From Edaphobacter aggregans (GTDB lineage: Bacteria > Acidobacteriota > Terriglobia > Terriglobales > Acidobacteriaceae), in NCBI RefSeq assembly GCF_003945235.1, contig NZ_RSDW01000001.1, forward strand, positions 150,001-182,000: a stretch of 32,000 bases of DNA, in the 5' to 3' direction. The notes under the pieces were generated by a model. That model was given only the letters and a program-made list of their open reading frames with translations, was not told the DNA's origin and ran no database searches. The position numbers and the translations under genes were made by a program. Below, in pieces: positions 9,868 to 19,049 of this stretch (position 1 is the first letter of the stretch; the number at the start of each line of letters is the position of its first letter).

Positions 9868-10065
9868 CGGTCAAACCGGTTTTGCTTGACCAGCCGCATC
9901 AAGGCAAGACATCAGTCTCCAGCTATTCGGCTGATTTGATTGTCAACCGTTGAGAACAGGCCAATGCACTCGTTTAGACAGCGGAATGCGATTAGTCCTC
10001 ATAAACGCGCCTCTGTTGACCGATGCCCGCTTCGTTCCTGAAAAGTCGCATTTTCGGAATGTTCG
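9868..10065 (+). repeat. Composite intergenic repeat, decayed (b-U-a-U)
   Basis: GGTCAAACCGGTTTTGC (b-like), AGCTATTCGGCTGA (U-like), GCACTCGTTTAGACAGCGG at 9966-9984 (a-like), and CGTTCCTGAAAAGTCGCATTTTCGGAATGTTCG at 10033-10065 (U). Confidence 0.45.
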
Positions 10066-10176
10066 TCATCCCCAACGGCTACTGATACCTTCGGTAGTCC
10101 TTATGTGACTTGGGCTGAAGTTTGTTCCACTGGCATAATGCTGAGATCGCGATACTGCAATCAAAGCGAGGTTTGT

Positions 10177-10415
10177 ATGGAATATGACGAAGACAAGGTT
10201 GACGAAATGGTTCTCGCGCTCCTACACCTGACAACTTTCAAGGAAGGTATGGTATACGAGCCTGGAAAGGACATGACTGGAACGCTATGGATCGCCTTTA
10301 CAAGAGAGGGTACATTTCCGATCCTCAGAACGCAGCAAAGTCCGTGAGAATGACGGAGTCGGGAGCCCAGAAGGCGCAAGAGCTTTTCCAAGAACACTTC
10401 ATTCGGAAAGTGTAG
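10177..10415 (+). pseudogene. DUF6429-like small protein, frameshifted
   Basis: MEYDEDKVDEMVLALLHLTTFKEG reads in one frame from 10177. The rest of the family-typical sequence, RAWKGHDWNAMDRLYKRGYISDPQNAAKSVRMTESGAQKAQELFQEHFIRKV-stop, reads in a different frame ending at 10415. The shift lies between about 10240 and 10257. Confidence 0.7.
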
Positions 10416-10425
10416 TTTCGCTACT

Positions 10426-10453
10426 GCGAACTTACCTAGAACCCCGTTTTACG
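10426..10453 (+). repeat. Isolated b module
   Basis: GCGAACTTACCTAGAACCCCGTTTTACG matches the b consensus GAAGTTGCCGAAAACCCCGTTTTC. Confidence 0.5.
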
Positions 10454-10494
10454 TCCACATCAGCGCGCAGTTTGTCGGCCATCTTTGCGATAAC

Positions 10495-10965
10495 TCAGGC
10501 CCTGCGGACTAGCTGGTCGACGAACTGTTGCAGTGAATCAGGGTTACGAAATACATGGAGTTCCGCGCTCGGTGCGTACTCGGCGATCGCTTTAAGGAGA
10601 ACCGGACGGCTTTGCCGGCGGTAGGCCAAGACCCACCACCAGAAGTCGATGCGCTCGCGCGACCGTCGAATCGCGCGATGAGCGCAACACAAAAAGGAGA
10701 AGTCCAGAAAGATGACCGTGTCCGCGGCGCGAAGACGTGTCTCAACAACGTCAAATTGCCCCAGATCACCATCGATGATCCATCCGTCTTTCGCGACGAG
10801 CAGGTCCTGGGCGGCTACCCACTCATCGCGAGGCGTAGCAACGAGGCCGGGTCGCCAGAAGATTTTGTCCAACTCCACCACAGGAAGGCCGCTGATTTCG
10901 CCCAAACGTTTCGCGAGGGTCGATTTGCCTGACGCCCCGCGACCGAGGATCACCACGCGCTTCAT
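10495..10965 (-). CDS. P-loop NTPase / adenylate-kinase-like (topology-modulation-protein type) ATPase
   Basis: 156-aa ORF with Walker A motif ILGRGASGKSTLA at the N-terminus. Size and layout are typical of small AAA/kinase proteins. Confidence 0.85.
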   Translation of the reverse strand: MKRVVILGRGASGKSTLAKRLGEISGLPVVELDKIFWRPGLVATPRDEWVAAQDLLVAKDGWIIDGDLGQFDVVETRLRAADTVIFLDFSFLCCAHRAIRRSRERIDFWWWVLAYRRQSRPVLLKAIAEYAPSAELHVFRNPDSLQQFVDQLVRRA

Positions 10966-10992
10966 ATTCTGCAGCGTACGCTACCGGTGGTT

Positions 10993-11077
10993 GAACTGCC
11001 TGCAATGTCGCATTATCGGCAAGTTCGTGACGTCTGAATCGCCGAGACGGCGAAGTTGCCGAAAACCCCGTTTTGCG
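10993..11077 (+). repeat. U-b inverted pair (best-preserved hairpin copy)
   Basis: GAACTGCCTGCAATGTCGCATTATCGGCAAGTTCG ... CGAAGTTGCCGAAAACCCCGTTTTGCG. The arms TCGGCAAGTTCG (11016-11027) and CGAAGTTGCCGA (11051-11062) pair at 11 of 12 positions. An inner hairpin CGTCT/AGACG sits in the spacer. Confidence 0.7.
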
Positions 11078-11146
11078 GGATGGTGATGTTTTTCACGCTG
11101 CTGAGTTCCGCCTTTCGTGCGGGCGGCACAAAGATAAACTGAATGT

Positions 11147-11551
11147 ATGAAGCGCATTATTCTCTTGGCAGTCGCATCGTTACTGCTTCTGTGGCTGCTC
11201 GTTCCAACAACAGACATCGTCTCGCCCGAGTGGACCGTGCTAGTTACCGATACAGCAGGGCACCCGGTCGAAGGCGCAAGTGTCACTGTGTTTTCGCAAC
11301 AATACACCGTTGAGTCTCACGACACAGAAGTAACGAAAGTCACGGGCGAGGATGGGCGGGTACATTTCCCCGAGCGGAAACTTCACGCCATGGGTCTAAT
11401 CAGACTGCTTGGTGCAATTCGCAATCTCGATCAAGGAGCGCACGCCAGCTTTGGCCTACATACTCATCTGGCCACGAGTAAAAGGGGCTATGGCGACCCA
11501 AGTACTCTCGACTTGTTTGCACAAAATGAGCGGTTAGATAGCTATCGATAA
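11147..11551 (+). CDS. Hypothetical secreted protein (possible carboxypeptidase-regulatory-like fold)
   Basis: 134-aa ORF with signal-like N-terminus MKRIILLAVASLLLLWLL. The VTDTAGHPVEGASVTVF segment resembles CarboxypepD_reg-type beta-sandwich repeats. Confidence 0.55.
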   Translation: MKRIILLAVASLLLLWLLVPTTDIVSPEWTVLVTDTAGHPVEGASVTVFSQQYTVESHDTEVTKVTGEDGRVHFPERKLHAMGLIRLLGAIRNLDQGAHASFGLHTHLATSKRGYGDPSTLDLFAQNERLDSYR

Positions 11552-11787
11552 GCTCCCAGAGTCAGAGGTCTCCCGGTTGCCAGTTTAGTTGACGTTGCTA
11601 GAGCAAGGGAGCGTATGGACGGCGTTGAGGTTATCTCCAACAATCTCCCCGTTCAGCTTCAGGGAAACTTAAGCTCAATTCGCGAAAATAACTCCGTATT
11701 CTTCCTAAAACTCAATGTTGGCATGGGCACGGTTACGCTGTACCTTCATCTGCTTCAGATATTTTCCAGCTGACAAGGAGCTCCTCT

Positions 11788-12804
11788 ATGCGCTATTGCG
11801 TATTTGTCCTCACACTTGCTACAACTGCACTCGTGCCGCAATCACCTTCCGCGTATCGCATTACCCATAACTACGCGTTGGGTGGTGATGGGAGTTGGGA
11901 CTACATTGTGCCCGATCCACCCAGTCACCGCCTATATATCGCACGCCAAAATCGAGTAATGGTTGTCGACGAAGATAGCGGCAAGCTGATTGGGGAAGTC
12001 ACCGGCATTCAGGGTGCGCACGGAACTGCTATTGCAGAAAATACCGGACACGGCTTTGCCACTTCAGGTAAGGATCAATCCGTGCTCATGTTCGATCTCA
12101 AGACCTTCAAGATTCTTGGTCGGATCCCAGCCGCTGAAGATGCCGATGCGATTCTTTTTGATGGAGCGTCAAACCGCGTGTTCACACTGAATGGTGACGC
12201 GCACTCCTCGACAGTAATCGATCCAAATGCCGGGACGCTCATCACGAATATTCCTCTTGGTGGCAAACCGGAATATGGCGTTTCCGCGGGCGACGGAAAG
12301 GTATATGCAAATCTGACAGACACCAGCGAAGTAGTAGAAATCGATGCGAAGACCGCTACAATCGCTCGCCGATGGCCCACCGCTCCGTGTAAGCAGCCAG
12401 TTGCCATGGCCATCGATACCATCCACCACCGACTCTTCAGCGGTTGCCGCAGCGGAGTGATGGCGATCTCTGATTATCAGGAGGGCAAGGTTGTTGCTAC
12501 AGTCCCGATCGGCGCAGGCGTTGATGGCGCTGGGTACGATGCGACGACAGGCAACGCTTTCGCGTCGAATGCGGATGGCACCCTTACGGTTATTCATCAG
12601 GATAGTCCGGATCAATATCACGTTATCGAAAACCTATCTACGCCTGTAGGGTCACGCAACATGGGCCTCGATCCCTCAAACCAGCGCCTGTTCGTCGTTT
12701 CGGCAAAGTTCGGGTCTGCTCCAGCGGGCGGTAGAGGGAGAGGACCGGTGTTGCCTGGATCATTCACTTTGATGACGATTGAACACAGTTCGTCCGCGCA
12801 CTGA
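11788..12804 (+). CDS. YncE/YVTN-family beta-propeller repeat protein, secreted
   Basis: 338-aa ORF with a signal peptide. It has repeated GxxPxG / D...RLFV-type propeller blades (e.g. HRLYIARQNRVMVVD, NRVFTLNGDAHSSTVID, QRLFVVS). Confidence 0.8.
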   Translation: MRYCVFVLTLATTALVPQSPSAYRITHNYALGGDGSWDYIVPDPPSHRLYIARQNRVMVVDEDSGKLIGEVTGIQGAHGTAIAENTGHGFATSGKDQSVLMFDLKTFKILGRIPAAEDADAILFDGASNRVFTLNGDAHSSTVIDPNAGTLITNIPLGGKPEYGVSAGDGKVYANLTDTSEVVEIDAKTATIARRWPTAPCKQPVAMAIDTIHHRLFSGCRSGVMAISDYQEGKVVATVPIGAGVDGAGYDATTGNAFASNADGTLTVIHQDSPDQYHVIENLSTPVGSRNMGLDPSNQRLFVVSAKFGSAPAGGRGRGPVLPGSFTLMTIEHSSSAH

Positions 12805-12895
12805 TTCATCCAAAAGCCAACAAGACATTCTTCATGCGGGTGCCTTCCGACACGAACAGGTGTTCAACGTCATTTGTCTCGCTGGTAGCTGGTAA

Positions 12896-12930
12896 ATGAG
12901 TGCCTTGGCGATTTGTTACTCACCGAGAAT
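12896..12930 (+). repeat. d-module fragment
   Basis: GAGTGCCTTGGCGATTTGTTACTCACCGAGAATC aligns with GAGCGCATTGGCGATTATGTACTCATCGAGATC at 19556-19588. Confidence 0.4.
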
Positions 12931-13027
12931 CAGATGCAGTGTCACTTCCGGTCGCCGGACACACGTGAATAACCGACGACAGGAGCGCTTTGAGGTTTAA
13001 CGACTGTGTGGAAGAAGCCAGCATTTG

Positions 13028-14470
13028 TCATCGCATTGCGAGGACCGGCATGCGTAGCGTGACGCGAGTTCCATGGCCGAGTTGATTGGTGATCTCCGCG
13101 CTGCCGCCGTGAAGCGCCAGGATGCTCTGCACGATAGCCAGGCCCAACCCCGTGCTACCCGATATCTTGGAGCGCGATGGATCGACGCGGAAAAATCGAT
13201 CGAATACACTGGGTATCGCTTCGGCGGGAATGCCGACGCCAGTGTCGGAGATCTCGATGCGAATCACGGCGTCCTCGTTTGTTGCTGCCAGCGTCACGGT
13301 TCCTCCTGGCAACGTATGTGCAATGGCGTTCGAGACTAGATTGCTCACCGCCCGCAGCATCAGTGAGCGATCCAGTTCCGCATTGAGCGGGTGGGCCCAT
13401 TCCTTCACGACAAACGATATTCCTGCGTCGGTCGCAGAAGCTTCATAGTAGTCGCGAACCGTAGTCAGTAACTCGCTGATGTTCATGTTCTCGCGATGCA
13501 ACTCGGTTAAGGGGCTCTCCGCGCGGGCCAGAAACAGAAGATCGCCGATCAGTTCGGAAAGCCGGACTGCTTCTTCCAGTGAAGACTCCAGCACGTCGCG
13601 GTACTCGTCGACCGTCCGTGCGCGGGCGAGAGCCACTTCGGCTTCTCCGCGGATATTGTTGACCGGCGTACGTAAATCGTGCGCGATGTCGGCCGTGAAC
13701 CTCGAGATTCGCTCGAAAGATTCCTCAAGCCGCTCCAGCATTTCATTGAATGTCCCGGCCAGCGACGCAAGTTCTGATGGATAGCCTTCCGACCCGATCC
13801 GTTCGCGCAGATTCGTCGATGTGATTCTCCGCGCGGTTGCAGCGATCTCTTCGACGGGCCGAATGCCATGCCGCGCAATCCGGTACCCCACCAGCGGGAA
13901 AAGAATCGATGTCGCCAACAGAATGCCCCAGAACCACATCCGATAACGTGCCAGCAGCTCCACTTCCTGCGAGACGTCGATGGCTATTTGAACGGTGTCG
14001 CTGTGAGTCGGCAGCGTGCCGACGGTAACCGTAGCGCTAGTGACCCGCAATGGTTGCCCATGTCTACCCGCCATCGCAATCGAACGCTCGGAGCGGCCGC
14101 GAGTTCGGCTCGCGAGCTCCGCAAGATCTAACTGTTCGTCCATGCCGGGCGTCGTCATGATCGGCACGCCATGTTCATCGAGGAGGCGAATGTAGAACTG
14201 CTGGTACCGGCGGGCCTCAGACTCGAGTTCAATCTCTTCGCGCAGCCCATCCTCGTCGTCCGGCCGTTCCCGCAGCATGGTGCGCAGCACGTGCAGCTTG
14301 TCGGCAAGGAACAGCTCTGTGCTTCGATCCAGCTCTGTCCGTAGGACGATGTAGAGACTCGCGGTGATCCACCTGATTGCATAGCGTCCATTGTTGCATC
14401 CAGGCGACATCCTGTAGATTCGACGCATGGCGCTTAAACGGCTGGATAACATAGGAATCGTCGTCGACAA
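13028..14470 (-). CDS. Heavy-metal-type (CusS-like) sensor histidine kinase, probably N-terminally damaged and orphan
   Basis: HAMP, HisKA (FTADIAHDLRTPV) and HATPase (SDTGVGIP..., GSTGLGLAIV) motifs are present, along with a CusS-family periplasmic-domain start (LADKLHVLRTMLRERPDD). The expected first TM helix is reduced to about 13 residues. The 5' end overlaps the divergent VOC gene. There is no adjacent response regulator. Confidence 0.8.
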   Translation of the reverse strand: MSTTIPMLSSRLSAMRRIYRMSPGCNNGRYAIRWITASLYIVLRTELDRSTELFLADKLHVLRTMLRERPDDEDGLREEIELESEARRYQQFYIRLLDEHGVPIMTTPGMDEQLDLAELASRTRGRSERSIAMAGRHGQPLRVTSATVTVGTLPTHSDTVQIAIDVSQEVELLARYRMWFWGILLATSILFPLVGYRIARHGIRPVEEIAATARRITSTNLRERIGSEGYPSELASLAGTFNEMLERLEESFERISRFTADIAHDLRTPVNNIRGEAEVALARARTVDEYRDVLESSLEEAVRLSELIGDLLFLARAESPLTELHRENMNISELLTTVRDYYEASATDAGISFVVKEWAHPLNAELDRSLMLRAVSNLVSNAIAHTLPGGTVTLAATNEDAVIRIEISDTGVGIPAEAIPSVFDRFFRVDPSRSKISGSTGLGLAIVQSILALHGGSAEITNQLGHGTRVTLRMPVLAMR

Positions 14471-14863
14471 CCTCGAATTGACGATTGATTTCTTTCAAGA
14501 ACTCGGTCTTCAGCTCGAGGGGCGGACCACGATCGAAGGAGAATGGGCAGGACGCGTCACCGGACTTGCCGATCAGCGCGTCGAGATTGCCATGATGCGC
14601 ACCCCGGACGGCCACAGCCTCTCGAGCTGTCCCGCTTCCTCACGCCGCCTGTCGTCGCGGATCACCGCAACGCTCCGGTGAACGCTCTAGGCTATCTTCG
14701 CGTCATGTTCGCCGTTGAAGATATCGACGAAACGCTTGGCAGGCTTAGCAAGCGCGGCGCACAGCTTGTAGGCGAAGTAGTCCGGTATCAGGATTCGTAT
14801 CGGCTCTGCTACATCCGCGGACCTGAAGGGCTTCTCATCGGACTCGCCCAGGAACTCAACTGA
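14427..14863 (+). pseudogene. VOC/glyoxalase-family protein, frameshifted
   Basis: MALKRLDNIGIVVDNLELTIDFFQELGLQLEG...VEIAMMRTPDGHS is in one frame. LELSRFLTPPVVADHRNAPVNALGYLRVMFAVEDIDETLGRL...GLAQELN is in another. The junction is near 14618-14620, consistent with a 1-nt deletion. Confidence 0.8.
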
Positions 14864-14963
14864 GCGCGATGCGCACGGCTATCCGAATGTTGAGCCGGAT
14901 CGGTCCTCAGAAGTCGGTCTACAGGCGTTCTGCTCAGGTGAAGAGAACGGCGTTTATGAGGAC

Positions 14964-15260
14964 TCATTGCGCATCACCCTGGCATGAGTAGAGTGCGCAT
15001 CGCTGGAGGACAACCCTTGAGCTGCCCCCCAGATCGAGAGCAACCTGATGGGCGATGCGATGCGACCACTCACGATAAAGACCTTCGCCCGGATGAAATC
15101 GATCTTCTGCCAGCTTTGTTCTATCCGCCGCCCATTGAAGCGAAATATAAGAAACGTCGGACCGTGTTCGAATCCATTGTTGAAGTCTCCGGTCCAGTTC
15201 GTGAGCACAGATGCCGAGGAACAATGAAGTGGCTGCGGGTGTGGTGGCATTTTCAGGCAA
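14964..15260 (-). pseudogene. Possible 3' remnant of an SGNH/GDSL hydrolase gene
   Basis: The ORF tail AEDRFHPGEGLYREWSHRIAHQVA resembles the C-terminal D-x-x-H block of SGNH hydrolases. The N-terminal GDS block is absent and the ORF abuts the neighbouring gene. Confidence 0.3.
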
Positions 15261-15265
15261 GATCT

Positions 15266-16243
15266 TTAGGTGAGAACTACAATCTTTCCGCCAGCCTTGT
15301 TCTCCTCCATTAGGCGATGGGCCTCTACAATTTCGTCCAGATGGAAAGTCTTGCCTACCTGAATGTGCAGCGTGCCCGCCTCGATCTGCTTAGCCAGGTC
15401 ATTGAGGGGCGTGCGCATGAAGTCCTCTGACTCGCCGGCGTAGACCGTGAAATAAACCGCAGTGGGGATAACGTCCATAGGATTGAACTGATCGAAGGAC
15501 CACTTGTTTCCGACGATGCCGGTCATACAAACAATCCCACCCTCCTTGGCACAGTGCAGCGAGTCCTCAAGGGTCGTCGTGCCAATCATCTCTAGCACCT
15601 TGTCGACGCCTCCGGGGTATTTGCGCTGAATTTCGCTGGCAATAGAACCGGTGTCCACGATGACATCGTTGGCACCGCTTGAGCGAAGCAACTCAGCGCG
15701 GTCGGGATTACGTGTGGTGGATGCGACGATCGCCCCGCTGTTTTTGGCTATAGCCGCTGCAGCAAGCCCAACCGAAGTTGTGCCGCCGCGGATCAGAAGC
15801 CGCTCGCCCTTTGCCAGTTGCAGCGCGCGGAACAGCGACCCCCAGGCGGTCTCAAGCATCTCCGGCATCGCACCCAGCGTTTCCCACGGCAATTTCACCT
15901 CGATCTTCTGCACCTGGCTCGCAGGCGGGCACGTGTACTCCGCATACCCTCCGTCGAACTCGCGACCCATGCCGCCCATCGCACTCGCCACTACTTCGCC
16001 TTTCTGGAACTGGCCGCCCGGCGCCTCCTCCACCACGCCGACAGCTTCAATCCCGAGCACTCGCGGGAATTTCACTCCCGGTGAGTGGCCCTGCCGCGTA
16101 AAGAGTTCGGAACGGTTCAATCCGAATGCCTTGACGCGAATTAGTACCTGTTCGCTGTTCGGAGTCGGGATGGGGCGGCTCTCCACCTTCAGGACTTCTG
16201 GTCCGCCCGCCTCGTAGATCACGATGGCTTTCATCTCAGCCAT
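15266..16243 (-). CDS. Zinc-type alcohol dehydrogenase / NADPH:quinone oxidoreductase family (MDR)
   Basis: [17 protein letters not shown]... with the Rossmann segment [19 protein letters not shown]. The start is chosen at MAEMKAIV (16243), which is preceded by GGAAGGAG. The longer ORF start would overlap the upstream gene. Confidence 0.88.
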   Translation of the reverse strand: MAEMKAIVIYEAGGPEVLKVESRPIPTPNSEQVLIRVKAFGLNRSELFTRQGHSPGVKFPRVLGIEAVGVVEEAPGGQFQKGEVVASAMGGMGREFDGGYAEYTCPPASQVQKIEVKLPWETLGAMPEMLETAWGSLFRALQLAKGERLLIRGGTTSVGLAAAAIAKNSGAIVASTTRNPDRAELLRSSGANDVIVDTGSIASEIQRKYPGGVDKVLEMIGTTTLEDSLHCAKEGGIVCMTGIVGNKWSFDQFNPMDVIPTAVYFTVYAGESEDFMRTPLNDLAKQIEAGTLHIQVGKTFHLDEIVEAHRLMEENKAGGKIVVLT

Positions 16244-16262
16244 GAGTCGGCTCCTTCCAGAC

Positions 16263-16664
16263 CTAATGTCTGAGCGGATTCGTAGAAGAAAAGCTATATC
16301 GCGCGATCTTCCAGGAACCATCCCTGTCTTTCCTAAAAATGAAGAGCTCCTGATTTGCCTCGGCGCTTCTGTTTCCCGTCGCGTGGTCCAACGTTGTTCC
16401 CGCAGAGTTGGTGCGCGCGAAAGCCCACTCTGGCGTTAACTCGACGATTTCAGCGATAGTGAACTTTACGTTCAGCGTAATCGCCTTAAAAACCGCGTCG
16501 TAGGCTTTCCTGAGCGCCTCTGAGCCAACTGCAGACGGACTGTACGGAGGCATAAAAACGCCGTCTTCCGCATAGAGGGGCATTACTGCGTCGGGACTCG
16601 ATGCATTCAAGGCATCGTTGTACTTCGCGAGTAGGGCAGTCACTGCTTCTTTCGTAGCACTCAT
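16263..16664 (-). CDS. SnoaL-like / NTF2-fold (DUF4440-type) protein
   Basis: 133 aa from [37 protein letters not shown]... ending ...[20 protein letters not shown]. This pattern is typical of the NTF2-like superfamily. Confidence 0.75.
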   Translation of the reverse strand: MSATKEAVTALLAKYNDALNASSPDAVMPLYAEDGVFMPPYSPSAVGSEALRKAYDAVFKAITLNVKFTIAEIVELTPEWAFARTNSAGTTLDHATGNRSAEANQELFIFRKDRDGSWKIARYSFSSTNPLRH

Positions 16665-16790
16665 TTGCGTGTCCTGAATTTCTGAATCTACATTCCGCCT
16701 CGAATATAGACTTTCCCGGCTCGTACAACTAGGCGAATGACTGGAAATGTATTTTCCAAATATGGAATAATTGGGCCCCACACGACTTGA

Positions 16791-17702
16791 CTAGGCGGGT
16801 AACTTGGGAAAAAGCTCTGGGGCCATTTTGGCTGCGAATTCCTTGAACACTCGTACAACTCGCGGCATGTGGCGAGTGCCTGCATGAACCAGGGAAAGAT
16901 CAAAGTTTCGAAACTTCCACTTTGGCATGATCTCCACCAGCCGGCCCTCGTGCAGCAGGCATGGTTCCACCACCGGCGGAAGATCACCTATGCCGACGCC
17001 CGCAAGCAGCGCCGTCGCAAGTCCGGCATAATCGTTCATTGAAAAATATGGCTGAAACGTTAGAGTTTCCTTATCTTTGCCGTTTACATGAATGAAGTCC
17101 CAGTGGCATTTCGGTTTCCAGAAGGAGAACGCCAGCAGCCTGTGTTGAAGGAGGTCTCCCGGATTCCTCGGCGGTTTGTGTTTCTTCATGTATGCGGGAC
17201 TCGCAACAAGCTGATGGCGATATTTCAGGATCCTCCGAGCGACAAGGGAAGAATCTTCAAGATCACCGACTCTGAAGGTCAGATCGACACCTTCGGAAAC
17301 ATGGTCGACGATTCGATCGGTGATGAAAATCTGAACGCGAACCTCGGGATATGCTTCTTGGAACGCCCCTACGATCGGCGCCAACAACGTGTCGGAAATG
17401 CTGGGTGGAGATGCAAGTCGCAGCGTGCCTGAGACGTGCGACAGGAGATTGAAAGCTGCATTGTCGACGGCACCGCTGAGTTCAACCATCCGCCGCGCAT
17501 GTTCGAGGACCTCTGAGCCGGCGTCGGTCAGACGCAGTTTCCGCGTTGAACGTTCGATCAGACGCATTCCAAGCTGATCCTCCAACTCGGCGATGCGCCG
17601 GCTTACAGTCGAGGTCGGCATTTTGAGAATGCGCGCCGCTCCCGAAAAGCTGTTTGCCTCGACAACATGCGCGAACACAACAAGTGAATTCAGATCTGCC
17701 AT
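16791..17702 (-). CDS. LysR-family transcriptional regulator
   Basis: N-terminal HTH LNSLVVFAHVVEANSFSGAARILKMPTSTVSRRIAELEDQLGMRLIERSTRKLRLTDAG plus a LysR substrate-binding domain. 303 aa. Confidence 0.9.
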   Translation of the reverse strand: MADLNSLVVFAHVVEANSFSGAARILKMPTSTVSRRIAELEDQLGMRLIERSTRKLRLTDAGSEVLEHARRMVELSGAVDNAAFNLLSHVSGTLRLASPPSISDTLLAPIVGAFQEAYPEVRVQIFITDRIVDHVSEGVDLTFRVGDLEDSSLVARRILKYRHQLVASPAYMKKHKPPRNPGDLLQHRLLAFSFWKPKCHWDFIHVNGKDKETLTFQPYFSMNDYAGLATALLAGVGIGDLPPVVEPCLLHEGRLVEIMPKWKFRNFDLSLVHAGTRHMPRVVRVFKEFAAKMAPELFPKLPA

Positions 17703-17921
17703 GATCTTCCCAAAGATGGGATTATAGCCTTACCATCCTATCGCCAATGGATTGTTTGAGAGATCGGCTGCTATGTGTCTGAGAGAAGAAGTGGTGATGA
17801 AAATTGTCACTTGACACTAACAGTCAGTATGGAGTGACCGGCGCCGATGCGCTGATCGTGGTTTAGGCTGTGTGTTTATTAGGGCACGCAGTTCAGAGCC
17901 ACAGGCGGAAGGGAGCCGGTC

Positions 17922-19049
17922 ATGAAGGAGAAGGTACGATTTATAGGTTTGGATGTCCATGCCGAGACCATCGCCGTAGCGATAGCCGAACCGGATGGTG
18001 AAGTACGGAGTCTGGGAACGATTCCGAACCGTAGCGAGTCGCTCCGCAAGCTGGTTAGGAAGCTTGGTCCAGCAGAGAAGTTGAGAGCCTGTTATGAGGC
18101 AGGACCGACGGGCTACGTGGTGTATTGGCAACTGACAGAACTGGGTGTACCGTGCGAGGTGGTAGCGCCTACTCTGGTACCGGTTAAAGCGGGTGATCGA
18201 GTAAAGACGGATCGGCGAGATGCGGAGAAGTTGGCACGCTGCTACCGATCTGGAGATCTGACAGCGGTATGGGTTCCGGACGAAGGTTCCGAGGCCTTAC
18301 GCGATCTCGTGCGTGCCCGCGAAGCAGCCAAACAGGATCAGATGCGAGCGCGGCATCGGTTGAGCAAGTTTCTTCTTCGCTCCGGCCAGCGTCCACCAAC
18401 CGGAGTTCGACCATGGACACGCCCCTATCTGATCTGGATCGCGCAGCTACGTTTCACACAGATCGCCCAGGAATCCACGCGACAGGATTACCTGCACGAG
18501 GTCGAGCACATGCGGGAACGGGTAGCGCGTCTGGAGCAAGCCATCACGGAAGCGGTGAAGCTGGCCTCCCCCGCGTTGCAGCAAGTCATTAACGATCTGC
18601 AGGCACTGCGCGGTATCGCGGATATCTCAGCTGTAACCATTGCGGCCGAGCTGGGCCAGGTATCCTGTTTTCACAGTGCCCGGCAACTGATGGGCTATTG
18701 CGGTGCTGTGCCCAGCGAAGACTCCAGTGGCAAGCGAACCAGACGCGGTGGCATCACTAAAACCGGCAACGCGCATTTGCGACGAATCGTTGTCGAAGCA
18801 GCCTGGAGCTATCGTCGTCCTCCATGTATCTGGTACGGACTGCGCAGACGACAGGAGAGCATCTCAGAAGAGGCGAAAGAGATTGCGTGGAAGGCGCAAC
18901 ACCGGCTGCATAAGCGGTATATGAGGCTGGGTGCAGCCGGCAAGGACCAGAGGAAGATTGCTGTTGCAATTGCTCATGAACTGCTGGGCTTCATCTGGGC
19001 TATTGGAGCCAGAGCGGAGACGATCGTCAGGCATCGAGTTGCAGCCTGA
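17922..19049 (+). CDS. IS110-family (DEDD/RuvC-like) transposase
   Basis: 375 aa. The N-terminus is MKEKVRFIGLDVHAETIAVAIAE. C-terminal conserved blocks are LQALRGIADISAVTIAAELG, SARQLMGYCGAVPSEDSSG and GGITKTGNAHLRRIVVEAAW. An RBS GGAAGGGAG lies upstream. Confidence 0.92.
   Translation: MKEKVRFIGLDVHAETIAVAIAEPDGEVRSLGTIPNRSESLRKLVRKLGPAEKLRACYEAGPTGYVVYWQLTELGVPCEVVAPTLVPVKAGDRVKTDRRDAEKLARCYRSGDLTAVWVPDEGSEALRDLVRAREAAKQDQMRARHRLSKFLLRSGQRPPTGVRPWTRPYLIWIAQLRFTQIAQESTRQDYLHEVEHMRERVARLEQAITEAVKLASPALQQVINDLQALRGIADISAVTIAAELGQVSCFHSARQLMGYCGAVPSEDSSGKRTRRGGITKTGNAHLRRIVVEAAWSYRRPPCIWYGLRRRQESISEEAKEIAWKAQHRLHKRYMRLGAAGKDQRKIAVAIAHELLGFIWAIGARAETIVRHRVAA

Noticed and set aside
10989-11077. 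Possibility that the U-b hairpins are integron attC sites (a CALIN-like array)
   Set aside because: GTTGAAC at 10989-10995 fits GTTRRRY, but it is on the wrong side of the hairpin for an R' core and is not conserved at the other loci. No RYYYAAC/GTTRRRY pair frames the hairpins, and no intI is in the window. The cassette-like layout is kept as a separate, weaker hypothesis.
11724-11739. Sigma-54-like motif TGGGCACGGTTACGCT upstream of the YncE-like gene
   Set aside because: The GG-N10-GC spacing is right, but both the -24 (TGGGCA) and -12 (ACGCT) elements deviate from consensus. No activator or UAS is nearby. Likely chance.
17811-17817. TTGACAC shared between the IS-B left flank (17811-17817) and the inside of the right end (19375-19381)
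   Set aside because: It is only a 7-mer and lies at different distances from the junctions. It could be a second guide or handshake element, but I cannot distinguish it from chance without homologous copies.
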